The notes under the pieces are model-generated. The model was given only the letters and a program-made list of their open reading frames with translations, ran no database searches and was not told the DNA's origin. Position numbers and translations under genes: made by a program. Shown piece by piece: positions 29,815 to 39,751 of a stretch of DNA of 41,818 nucleotides (within the stretch, counting starts at the first letter, position 1; each line of letters starts with the position of its first letter). The DNA is taken from positions 1 to 41,818 of the forward strand of contig JBKHXI010000006.1 of NCBI GenBank assembly GCA_046566095.1, given 5' to 3'. This stretch comes from Gammaproteobacteria bacterium (lineage in GTDB: Bacteria; Pseudomonadota; Gammaproteobacteria; Xanthomonadales; Xanthomonadaceae).

Positions 29815-30780
29815 TCAGTCGCCCGCCAGGGCTGCGACATGGGCGACGCTGCATTCGGCCAGCGCCTGCAGGTCGTAGCCGCCCTCCAGCACCGAGACCA
29901 TGCGGCCACCGCAGTGGCGGCCGGCCGCGGCGACCAGTTCCGAGGTCAGCCAGGCGTAGTCGGCGGCGTCGAGCTGCAGCTGCGCCAGCGGATCGCGCCA
30001 GTGGCCGTCGAAGCCGGCCGAGACCAGCAGCAGCTGTGGTGCGAAGGCCTCCAGCGCGGGCAGCAGCCGTTCGCGCCAGGCGACGCGGAACTCGGCGCCG
30101 CCGGCGCCGGGTTCCAGCGCGGCGTTGTGCAGGTTGCCGGCGCCGCGTTCGTCGGGGTGGCCGCTGCCCGGGTACAACGGCAGCTGCTGCGAGCTCAGGA
30201 ACAGCACCCGCGGCCGGTCGGCGAAGATCGCCTGGGTGCCGTTGCCGTGGTGTACGTCGAAGTCGGCGATCGCCACCCGCGCCAGGCCGTGCGCCTCCAG
30301 GGCATGCGCGGCGGCCACCGCGATGCCGTTGAACAGGCAGAAGCCCATCGCGGTGTCGCGCGTGGCGTGGTGGCCGGGCGGGCGCACTGCGCAGAACGCG
30401 CGCGCCGCCTCGCCGGCCATCACCGCATCCACCGCCGCCACCGCCGCACCTGCGGCCCGCAGCGCGGCCTCGGCCGAGCCCGGCGACAGCAGGGTGTCCG
30501 GATCCAGGGCGATGCGGTCGTGGAGTTCGGTGTCCAGCACCTGGGCGACCAGGGCGTCGGCATGGACGCGCCGCAGCTGCCCGCGGCTGGCGCGCGGCGC
30601 CTCGACCGGTTCCAGGTCCGGGAAGGCTGCACGCAATGCCGCGAGAACCGCAGCCAGGCGCTCGGGGCGCTCGGGATGGCCCGGTCCGGTGTCGTGCCGC
30701 AGGCAGGCGGGGTGGGTGTAGAGGCGCGGATGCACGCTTTGTCCTCGGCGGTTGCTGGCGGTCGCCACCGGTGCCGCCAT
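29815..30780 (-). CDS. Histone deacetylase-family (class II HDAC / acetylpolyamine amidohydrolase-like) protein
   Basis: RPPGHHA, DFDVHHGNGTQ, EGGY motifs. The start may be the internal GTG (VHPRLYTHP…). Confidence 0.8.
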   Translation of the reverse strand: MAAPVATASNRRGQSVHPRLYTHPACLRHDTGPGHPERPERLAAVLAALRAAFPDLEPVEAPRASRGQLRRVHADALVAQVLDTELHDRIALDPDTLLSPGSAEAALRAAGAAVAAVDAVMAGEAARAFCAVRPPGHHATRDTAMGFCLFNGIAVAAAHALEAHGLARVAIADFDVHHGNGTQAIFADRPRVLFLSSQQLPLYPGSGHPDERGAGNLHNAALEPGAGGAEFRVAWRERLLPALEAFAPQLLLVSAGFDGHWRDPLAQLQLDAADYAWLTSELVAAAGRHCGGRMVSVLEGGYDLQALAECSVAHVAALAGD

Positions 30781-30859
30781 CCCCGGGGCAACCGGGTTGT
30801 TTCCGGATGCGCCGGCCCGGCCCTCCTGGCCGGGCGTTCCGGAACGCAGCGAATGCCGG

Positions 30860-31420
30860 TCAGGGCATTCGCTCGCGGCGCTCCTTCACCCACAGGGTTT
30901 CGCCGTGGCCGCCGGCGCGCGCCAGCACCCGCGCCAGCACGAACAGCAGGTCGGACAGGCGGTTGAGGTAGCGGATCGCCTGCGGGCGCACGTCTTCGGC
31001 GCGCGCGAGGGTCACCGCTTCGCGTTCGGCGCGGCGGACGATGGTGCGCGCCAGATGGCAGCGGGCCGCGGCCTCGCCGCCGCCGGGCAGGATGAAGTCC
31101 TTCAGCGGCGGCAGGTCGGCGTTGTGGCGGTCGAGCGCCTGCTCCAGGGCGTCGATGTCGGCGTCGACGATCGCGGCGTGGCCGGGGATGCACAGCTCGC
31201 CGCCGAGGTCGAACAGCTGGTGCTGGACCGTGGTCAGCAGCTCGCGGATCGAGTCGGGCACATCGCCGGCCAGCAGCAGCCCGATCGCCGAATTGGCCTC
31301 GTCGATGGTGCCGTAGGCCGCGACCCGCGCCGAATCCTTGGCCACCCGGCTGCCGTCGCCCAGACCGGTCGTGCCGTCGTCGCCGGTGCGCGTGTAGATC
31401 TTCGAGAGCCGGTTACCCAT
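30860..31420 (-). CDS. PduO-type ATP:cob(I)alamin adenosyltransferase
   Basis: MGNRLSKIYTRTGDDGTTGL is the canonical PduO/MMAB N-terminal ATP-binding motif. 186 aa helical bundle. ATG 31420 was chosen inside the track ORF. Confidence 0.9.
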   Translation of the reverse strand: MGNRLSKIYTRTGDDGTTGLGDGSRVAKDSARVAAYGTIDEANSAIGLLLAGDVPDSIRELLTTVQHQLFDLGGELCIPGHAAIVDADIDALEQALDRHNADLPPLKDFILPGGGEAAARCHLARTIVRRAEREAVTLARAEDVRPQAIRYLNRLSDLLFVLARVLARAGGHGETLWVKERRERMP

Positions 31421-31493
31421 GGCGGCCCCGCCTGGCACGACGCGCGCATGGATGCCCGCACCCAGGCGCCGGCAGCGACTGCGACAAATGCCT

Positions 31494-31542
31494 GCCGTCG
31501 CCGCCGCTGCGCGTGTAGATCCTGGAGAGCCGATTACCCATG
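31494..31542 (-). repeat. Diverged direct duplicate (44/49 nt) of the 5' end of the adenosyltransferase gene (31373-31421), start codon included
   Basis: Base-by-base comparison shows 5 mismatches in 49 nt. The copy keeps the ATG and reads MGNRLSRIYTRSGGDG versus MGNRLSKIYTRTGDDG in the gene. Confidence 0.7.
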
Positions 31543-31563
31543 CGCGCCCACTGGCTGGCGTCC

Positions 31564-31589
31564 GTAGGAGCGGGCCATGCCCGCGATCG
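31564..31589. repeat. Single REP unit (family 2)
   Basis: GTAGGAGCGGGCCATGCCCGCGATCG differs at one base from the unit at 22119-22144. Confidence 0.6.
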
Positions 31590-31608
31590 CCGGTCGATCC
31601 GCGACCGG
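31590..31608 (-). terminator. Hairpin immediately downstream of the 6-TM protein gene
   Basis: CCGGTCG-ATCCG-CGACCGG, a 7-bp stem, 5 nt after the TAG stop (31614-31616). There is no U-tract, so terminator function is uncertain. Confidence 0.35.
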
Positions 31609-31613
31609 CGCGC

Positions 31614-32186
31614 CTAGACCGTCTGCGCCCGCAGCGCCGGCAGCCGTCGCCGCAGCAGCTCGAAGCCGCCGAACAGCAGCGCCGCGTAGAACATGGTGCC
31701 GAGCACGGTCCACTGGAAGAAGGGGATGCCGGCGAGGTAGGCCGCGCCGAGGCCGGCCACGGTCTGCGGGTACATCGGCGAACCCAGCCAGGCGCCGAAG
31801 TTGGTCAGCGCGAAGAACAGCGCCGAACCCGCCAGCGAATACCCGAGCACGCGGCCGCCGGTGATCCGGCCGCGCATCCGGAAGCCGAGCACGGTCGACA
31901 GCGCGATGCAGGCGTAGACCAGCCAGAAGCCCGCGCCCAGGAAGTAGTCGCGGTAGAGCCCGCCGTGCAGGGCGGCCAGCGCCAGATCCGAGGCGAACAT
32001 CGCCAGCAGCGGCACCAGCAGCGCGATCCGCCGCGAGGCGAAATAGGCGCCGCCGAACAGCGCGATCGCCTCAACCGGCGAGAAGTTCGGCGGATGCGGC
32101 AGCACCCGGCTCAGCGCCGCGACCAGGATCAGCCCGGCCAGCAGCCAGGGGCCGGGGGTGAAGCGGGGGGCGCGGGAATCGGTCAT
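31614..32186 (-). CDS. Small 6-TM membrane protein (DUF6580-like putative transporter)
   Basis: 190 aa from ATG 32186. The motif LPHPPNFSPVEAIALFGGAYF and six hydrophobic segments are present. Family assignment is from memory only. Confidence 0.65.
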   Translation of the reverse strand: MTDSRAPRFTPGPWLLAGLILVAALSRVLPHPPNFSPVEAIALFGGAYFASRRIALLVPLLAMFASDLALAALHGGLYRDYFLGAGFWLVYACIALSTVLGFRMRGRITGGRVLGYSLAGSALFFALTNFGAWLGSPMYPQTVAGLGAAYLAGIPFFQWTVLGTMFYAALLFGGFELLRRRLPALRAQTV

Positions 32187-32311
32187 CGCATGCGGTCGGA
32201 GCGGAGCGGGGCGACAGTTTAACGGAACGGGCACGCCGCGCGCCGGGCCGGTTCCGCCGCGCCGCGTCGACGCCGCGATCGCGCCACGGCGGCGCCACGT
32301 ATCATTCGGCC

Positions 32312-33544
32312 ATGCAGCAACCACACGACGTGCTGGTCGTCGGCGGCGGCCTGGTCGGCGCCAGCCTCGCGATCGCGCTCGACCGCGCCGGCGTCGACGT
32401 CGGCCTGGTCGAGGCCACGCCTGCGGGCGCGCTGCCGCCGGTGTTCGACCAGCGCAACCTCAGCTTCGCCGAGGCCACGGTGAACGCGCTGCGGGCGCTC
32501 GGGGTGCTGCAGCTGCTGCGGCGGCCGGGCGCGCCGATCCGGCGCATCCATGTCAGCCGCCGCGGCGATTTCGGCCGGGTGCGGCTGGAGGCGGCCGGGT
32601 ACGGGCGCACCGAATTCGGGCAGGTGGTGGTCGCGCGCGACTTCGGCGAGGCGCTGGAGGCGCGGCTGGCCGGGTGCACCCGGGTCCGTCGCTACCGGCC
32701 GGCGCGCTTCCTGGCGCTGGCCGACGCGGATGCCGGCGACGCACGCGCGATCCGGGTCGCGTCCGACGGCGCCGGCGAGCAGGTGCTCGCGGGCCGGCTG
32801 CTGGTGGCCGCCGACGGCAGCCGCAGCGCGCTGCGCGCGGCGCTCGGAATCGCGGCGGCCGAACACGATTACCGGCAGACGCTGTTCGTGGCCCGGGTCC
32901 GGCTCGGCCGCGCCGCACCGGGCAGCGCCTGGGAGCGCTTCGGTCGCGACGGCCCGAGCGCGCTGCTGCCGCGCGCCGACGGCCACCATGGCGCGGTCCA
33001 CGCGGTGCCCGCCGCCGAGGCCGGCGCGGTCGCCGCGCTGGACGATCCGGCCTGGCTGGCGCGCCTGCAGCAGGTGTTCGGCTGGCGCGCCGGTCGGTTC
33101 CTGGAGAGCGGGCCGCGCAGCGCCTATCCGGCGCTGCGGCTGATCGCCGCGACCAGCACCGCCCCGCGCGCGGTGCTGGTCGGCAACGCCGCCCAGACCC
33201 TGCATCCGATCGGGGCGCAGGGCTTCAACCTCGGCCTGCGCGACGCCCTGACCCTGGCCGAACTGATCGCCGACGCACGGGCCGGCGCGCCCGACGCCGA
33301 CTGCGGCGCGCCGCGGCTGCTGGACGCCTACGTCCGCCGGCGCCGCGACGACCGCGAACGGACCCTGGCCTTCTCGCACGGCCTGGCGACCCTGACCGCC
33401 AGCGCCGGCCCTCTGGCCGGCGCCCTGCGCAGCCTCGGCCTGCTGGCGGCCGACCGCCAGCCGGACCTGCAGGGCTGGCTGGTGGGCGGGGCGATGGGCT
33501 ACCGCGGCCAGGTGCCGGCGCTGTGCCGCGGCGGCCCGGCATGA
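32312..33544 (+). CDS. ubiH: FAD-dependent ubiquinone-biosynthesis hydroxylase (UbiH-type)
   Basis: DVLVVGGGLVGASLA dinucleotide-binding fold. GNAAQTLHPIGAQGFNLGLRD (UbiH/UbiF/COQ6 fingerprint). Confidence 0.85.
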   Translation: MQQPHDVLVVGGGLVGASLAIALDRAGVDVGLVEATPAGALPPVFDQRNLSFAEATVNALRALGVLQLLRRPGAPIRRIHVSRRGDFGRVRLEAAGYGRTEFGQVVVARDFGEALEARLAGCTRVRRYRPARFLALADADAGDARAIRVASDGAGEQVLAGRLLVAADGSRSALRAALGIAAAEHDYRQTLFVARVRLGRAAPGSAWERFGRDGPSALLPRADGHHGAVHAVPAAEAGAVAALDDPAWLARLQQVFGWRAGRFLESGPRSAYPALRLIAATSTAPRAVLVGNAAQTLHPIGAQGFNLGLRDALTLAELIADARAGAPDADCGAPRLLDAYVRRRRDDRERTLAFSHGLATLTASAGPLAGALRSLGLLAADRQPDLQGWLVGGAMGYRGQVPALCRGGPA

Positions 33545-34761
33545 GCCGCCGCGAACAGCTGGACGCGGTGGTCGTGGGCGGCGGCGTGGTCGGCGCCGCC
33601 GCGGCGCTGGCGCTGGCCGCGCAGGGGCTTCAGGTCGCCCTGGTCGAGGCGCGGCCGCCGGCGCCGTGGCAGGCCGCGACGCCGGACCTGCGGGTCTACG
33701 CCTTCGCCCCCGACAGTGCGCGGCTGCTGGATCGCCTGGGCGCCTGGGCGCCGGTGGCGGCGGCGCGGATCCAGCCCTACCGGCGGATGCGGGTCTGGGA
33801 CGCGGCCGGCGGCGGCGAACTGCGGTTCGACGCCGACCGCCTTGGGCAGGCGCAGCTGGGCTGGATCGTCGAGCACGGGCTGCTGGTCGACCGGCTGTGG
33901 GCGGCCTTGCCGGCGGCGGGCGTGCGCCTGCATTGCCCGGCCCGGGTGGTCGCGTTGGCGCAGGACGAGGCTTCGCTGCGCCTGGACCTGGACGACGGCA
34001 CCCGCATCGCCGCACGCGTCGCGGTCGCCGCCGACGGCGCCGATTCGGCCCTGCGCGCCCTCGCCGGGGTCGCCGTGGACGCACGCCCGCACGGCCAGCG
34101 CGGCCTGGTCGCCTACCTGGCCTGCGAGCGGCCGCACGAGGCCACGGCCTGGCAGCGGTTCCTGTCGACCGGTCCGCTGGCGCTGCTGCCCTGTCCGCCG
34201 CTGCCGCTGGAGGGCGGATCCGCGGGCCACGCCTGTTCGCTGGTCTGGACCCTGCCGGAGGCGGAGGCGGCGCGGGTACAGGCGCTCGGGGACGCGGCCT
34301 TCGCACGGGCGGTGACGCGCGCCTCCGACGCACGGCTCGGGGCGCTGCGGCCGCTGTCGCGGCGGCTGGCATTCCCGCTGCGCACCCAGCTGGCGCGGCA
34401 GGCGCTGGCCGGACGGGTGCTGCTGCTGGGCGATGCGGCGCACGTGGTGCATCCGCTGGCCGGGCAGGGCGTGAACCTGGGCCTGCGCGACGTCGCCGCG
34501 CTGGCCGCCACGGTCGCGGCCGCACACGAGCGCGGCGCGGCCTGGGACGCGCCGTCGCGGCTGCGGCGCTGGGCGCGGACGCGGGCCTCGGACAACGCGC
34601 TGGCCGCGCGCGCGTTCGCCGCCATCGACCGGCTCTACAGCAACCAAGCGCCCCTGGCCGTCGCGGTGCGTGGCCCCCTGCTCGGCCTGGCCGGTCGCCT
34701 GCCGCCGCTGGTGCGCGGCCTGTGGCGGCAGGCGGCAGGCGCCGAGGGTCCCGTCCCCTAG
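33541..34761 (+). CDS. FAD-dependent ubiquinone-biosynthesis hydroxylase paralogue (UbiI/VisC or UbiF-type)
   Basis: ATG 33541 overlaps the ubiH stop (ATGA). DAVVVGGGVVGAAAA…GDAAHVVHPLAGQGVNLGLRD. The ubiH-visC-like pairing matches E. coli. Confidence 0.8.
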   Translation: MSRREQLDAVVVGGGVVGAAAALALAAQGLQVALVEARPPAPWQAATPDLRVYAFAPDSARLLDRLGAWAPVAAARIQPYRRMRVWDAAGGGELRFDADRLGQAQLGWIVEHGLLVDRLWAALPAAGVRLHCPARVVALAQDEASLRLDLDDGTRIAARVAVAADGADSALRALAGVAVDARPHGQRGLVAYLACERPHEATAWQRFLSTGPLALLPCPPLPLEGGSAGHACSLVWTLPEAEAARVQALGDAAFARAVTRASDARLGALRPLSRRLAFPLRTQLARQALAGRVLLLGDAAHVVHPLAGQGVNLGLRDVAALAATVAAAHERGAAWDAPSRLRRWARTRASDNALAARAFAAIDRLYSNQAPLAVAVRGPLLGLAGRLPPLVRGLWRQAAGAEGPVP

Positions 34762-34839
34762 CGCGAAGTGGCGGGGACAACGCCGAAACAAGCGGCGCCC
34801 CGGGCGGGCGCTGTCAGCGCGGACGCGGATCCGGCGGCG

Positions 34840-35193
34840 TCAGCGCCAGTCGCGCCAGGCCTTGTACTCGGCGAGGCTGAGCCGGCCGTCGCCGTCCGCG
34901 TCGAAACGGTCGAACTGCGCGGCCAGGCCGGCGTCGGCGGCGGCTTCGCTGCGGTCGATCGAGCCGTTGCCGTCGGCATCGGTGGCCAGGAAGTTGCTCC
35001 GGATCGGATCGTTGGGCATCGAGCGTACGGTCACCAGCTGGTCGGGCTCGGCAGCCACCTGCGCCTCCACCTGCACCGATGCGGCCGTGCCCTGCGATGC
35101 ATCGCCGGTCACGGCCTGGGCGAGTGCCGGCGCGGCCAGTGCCGGGATCGCCAGCAGCACGATCGACATGTGCGAACGCCAGTTGCGGGGCAT
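34840..35193 (-). CDS. Secreted EF-hand pair calcium-binding protein
   Basis: GGAGGA lies 6 nt before ATG 35193. Signal peptide …IVLLAIPALAAPALAQA. Two canonical 12-residue loops: DADGNGSIDRSE and DADGDGRLSLAE. Confidence 0.8.
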   Translation of the reverse strand: MPRNWRSHMSIVLLAIPALAAPALAQAVTGDASQGTAASVQVEAQVAAEPDQLVTVRSMPNDPIRSNFLATDADGNGSIDRSEAAADAGLAAQFDRFDADGDGRLSLAEYKAWRDWR

Positions 35194-35280
35194 GTGCGGT
35201 CCTCCAGGGCGGGGACGCAGGACGCTACGACCGGTCGTGCGAACCGCACGTCAAGCCACGCTGTATGGCTTCTGAAACGT

Positions 35281-36378
35281 TCATCCAGCGCCGTGGGGCG
35301 CGGCCAGCACGGTGATCTCCTCGCGGTCGTGGTACAGCTGGCGGGCGCGCAGCCGCAGCGGGCGGCCGGCTTCGCGCTGCAGCAGGTCCAGGCACAGGCG
35401 CACTTCGTCCCAGCGCCTGCGCATCGGCAGCTTGAGGTTGAACAGGGCCTGCCGGCACCAGCCCTCGCGCAGCCAGGTCGCGATCCGCGCGGCGACCCGG
35501 CGCGGCTGCTCGACCATGTCGCAGACCAGCCAGTCCAGCGGCTGCGGCGGCTGCCAGGTGAAGCCGTCGGCGCACAGGTGCTCGACCAGGCCGGTGTCGA
35601 GCAGGGCCGGGCGCAGCGGGCCGTTGTCGACCGCCACCACCCGCAGGTGGTGGCGCGCCAGCACCCAGGTCCAGCCGCCGGGCGCCGCGCCCAGGTCGGC
35701 GGCGCGCATGCCCGGCTGCAGCAGGCGCCGGCGCCCGGCGTCGTCGAGCAGAACCAGCAGCGCCTCTTCCAGCTTCAGCGCCGAGCGCGAGGGCGCGTCC
35801 GGGTGCAGCCGCAGGCGCGGAATGCCCAGCGGCCAAGGCGCGCTGTCGGCGGGGTCGGAGGCCGCCAGCAGCAGATGGTCGCCGGCCAGGAAGCAGGCGT
35901 GCAAGCGGCGCGCACCGGGCAGGTCCCGGCCGGCCAGCAGCCCGGCCCGGCGCAGGGCCGGGCGCAGCGCGTTCCCGAAACTGCGGGCCAGGCCGGCCAG
36001 CGGCCTGCCGGCGTCCGAGTCCGGGTGCTCCATCCACAGCGCGCCGAACGGCGGCTGCGCCGTGCGGGCGCCGTCCGCCGGGGACAGGGCGGCGAGCGTC
36101 TGCAGGACCGGCGTCAGGCGGTCGCGCACCGGCAGCCCGCGCAGGTCCGCCAGCAGTTCGAGTTTCTGGCGCGCGAACACCAGCCGGTCGAAGGGCAGGG
36201 CCCGCGACAGCGCACCGGGCGGCGCGTCGGGCGCGCCGGCGGCGAACAGGACGTGGGCCTGGCCGCGCACGGCGCGGGCGTGGCCGGGCACGCCCGCGCC
36301 GGCGGCGCGTTCGGCCAGCTCGGCGGCCAGTTCGGGCTCGAAGCCGGCCCGGCAGTACAGCAGCAGCGTGTCGTTCAT
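35281..36378 (-). CDS. rlmM: 23S rRNA (cytidine2498-2'-O)-methyltransferase
   Basis: MNDTLLLYCRAGFEPELAAEL resembles the E. coli RlmM N-terminus. SAM site DLGAAPGGWT. WLVCDMVE. Split from the fused 595-aa track ORF. Confidence 0.85.
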   Translation of the reverse strand: MNDTLLLYCRAGFEPELAAELAERAAGAGVPGHARAVRGQAHVLFAAGAPDAPPGALSRALPFDRLVFARQKLELLADLRGLPVRDRLTPVLQTLAALSPADGARTAQPPFGALWMEHPDSDAGRPLAGLARSFGNALRPALRRAGLLAGRDLPGARRLHACFLAGDHLLLAASDPADSAPWPLGIPRLRLHPDAPSRSALKLEEALLVLLDDAGRRRLLQPGMRAADLGAAPGGWTWVLARHHLRVVAVDNGPLRPALLDTGLVEHLCADGFTWQPPQPLDWLVCDMVEQPRRVAARIATWLREGWCRQALFNLKLPMRRRWDEVRLCLDLLQREAGRPLRLRARQLYHDREEITVLAAPHGAG

Positions 36379-36449
36379 CGGCGCGCCGGCCGCGCGGCAG
36401 GGCAGCGGCGGCGCCGGGCGGCGGGTCGCGGGCGCAGCCGGCGCATGCC

Positions 36450-37049
36450 TCAGTAGACGATGCCGCCGCGGGCGCCGTAGTCGCGCAGCACGGCGCACGC
36501 GGCCTCGCGGTGCAGGTCGCGCACGACCGCGATGCCGCGGCGCTCGAGCTCGCCGACCCAGTCGGCCGGCAGCGGGCCCTCGTCGAACTCGGTCAGCGCC
36601 ATCACATCCTCGCTGCGTGCGCCGATCAGCAGGCGGTCGATCCCGGCCCAGAAACTGGCGCCGTAGCACTGGCAGCAGGGCTGGGCGGACGTGGCCAGGG
36701 TGTAGGCGCCCAGGTGCGCGCCGGTCGTCTCGTCGCGGTTCAGGCGCGAACGGCCGATGCGCTGCTGGGCCAGCATGAAGGCCATGGTCTCGGCATGCGC
36801 CACCGAGCAGGCCTGCGGCAGCACCCGGTTGACGCCGACCGCGACCAGCCGATGGTCCGGCCCGAACACCGCCGCGCCGAACGGCCCGCCGCTGCCGGCC
36901 TCGACGTTGCGCCGCGACAGGTCGATCGCCAGCGCGACCTTGTCCGCATCGCCCGGGTAGCTGCGCCCGGCATCGATGGCATCGCCGACCCAGGCCGGCA
37001 GGTCGAGCCGCACCCGGCCCGGCAACACGGATCCCGCGGTGGCGGTCAT
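36450..37049 (-). CDS. CDA-fold nucleoside/guanine deaminase (GuaD-like)
   Basis: GGPFGAAVF…HAE…PCCQCYGASFWAGI: zinc-binding HAE and PCxxC motifs and the GuaD-type GGPFGA motif. ATG 37049 overlaps the stop of the upstream lipoprotein gene (ATGA). Confidence 0.8.
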   Translation of the reverse strand: MTATAGSVLPGRVRLDLPAWVGDAIDAGRSYPGDADKVALAIDLSRRNVEAGSGGPFGAAVFGPDHRLVAVGVNRVLPQACSVAHAETMAFMLAQQRIGRSRLNRDETTGAHLGAYTLATSAQPCCQCYGASFWAGIDRLLIGARSEDVMALTEFDEGPLPADWVGELERRGIAVVRDLHREAACAVLRDYGARGGIVY

Positions 37050-37581
37050 TCGGTTGCGGGTGCCGCACCGCCGGTCACGTCCCGGCACTGCCCGGACACG
37101 CACTGGCAGCCGCTGACCTCGGGGAAGCCGCAGACCGAGGACATGCCGCGGGCCGCGCACTCGGCCTGCACGCCGGCCGGGTCGGTCGGGCTGTTCACGT
37201 TGACGCACGAAGGGTAGTAGCCGCAGCAGTTGCCGACGTTCTTGACGGTGCAGTCGGCGTCGGTGCGGCAGCTGCGGTCGAGCGACGCCGGCTCCGGCAG
37301 CACCTCGGGTGGCAGTGGGTCGGACATGCGCGGCGGGACCAGGTCCGCGGGGGGGGCGGGCGGGGCGGCCGGCGGCGCGTCGCCGCTGGTGGCGTCGCGC
37401 CCGGCATCGGCCGCCACCGGCTCCGCGCCGGCCTCCGGGGCGCCGGCGGCATCGCCGGTCTGCGCCGCGCAGGCGGCCAGCAGGCAGGCGATGGCCATCG
37501 CCGCCAGCAGCCCGGCGATGCGGCGCGCCGGCCCGCGGCCGGCCGCTGCCGGTGCTGTCTTGCCCTTCACGGATCGGTTCA

Positions 37582-37582
<1 letters not shown>
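37046..37582 (-). CDS. Uncharacterised lipoprotein with an Ala/Pro linker and a 10-Cys C-terminal module
   Basis: ATG 37582 overlaps the glnS stop (TGATG). Lipobox LLAAC after MNRSVKGK…IAGLLAAMAIA. 10 Cys within the last ~70 aa (CRTDADC…NCCGYYPSC…C…C…CQC…C). GC3-rich codons. I recognise no domain. Confidence 0.6.
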
Positions 37583-39330
<1,748 letters not shown>

Positions 39331-39478
39331 GCGGGCGCGGGCGCTGAAAACGCAAGTGTAGCGGCTGCAGGCGTGACCCCGGTCCGCATGGCCGGCCGGG
39401 CCGTGTCGTATCCTCTGCGCGATCGTTGCCGAACGGACTGCCGCGCGCCGGGACGGGGCGGCAGGTCAGGGGAGGAAC

Positions 39479-39751
39479 ATGCGGGTCGTCTACGAGGCCG
39501 GGCAGCTGTTCGACGCCTACATCGTGCGCCACGCGCTGGAGGACGCCGGGATCCCGGCGTACGTGCGCGGCGAGTCGCTGGTGGGCGGCATCGGCGAACT
39601 GCCGGCCGGCGGCCTGCTCGCGGTATGCGTGCCGGAAGCGGCCTGGCCGCGCGCGCGCGCGATCGTGGAGGCGCTCGCGCTGGGAACGGACGACGCGCCC
39701 GCGCGCGAAGGCCTGGGGGACGGGGATGGGGTGGCGGCGGCGCCCGCCTGA
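39479..39751 (+). CDS. DUF2007 (putative signal-transducing) small protein
   Basis: GGGGAGGA lies upstream of ATG 39479. 90 aa. EAGQLFDAYIVRHALEDAGIPAYVRGE is typical of DUF2007 as I remember it. Confidence 0.7.
   Translation: MRVVYEAGQLFDAYIVRHALEDAGIPAYVRGESLVGGIGELPAGGLLAVCVPEAAWPRARAIVEALALGTDDAPAREGLGDGDGVAAAPA

Noticed and set aside
32187-32311. Possible cobalamin riboswitch upstream of the 6-TM protein gene.
   Set aside because: Only ~125 nt separate it from the divergent ubiH. I could not find a B12-box-like element or the usual multi-stem layout by eye. An Rfam scan is needed before any claim.
36450-37049. The deaminase as a toxin (DddA or polymorphic-toxin-type) with the adjacent small protein as its immunity factor.
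   Set aside because: It is a free-standing ~200-aa protein with the GuaD-type GGPFGA…HAE…PCxxC layout. It has no delivery, PAAR, Rhs or secretion domain nearby, and it sits in a housekeeping operon. The neighbour is a lipoprotein, which is not a typical cytosolic immunity protein.
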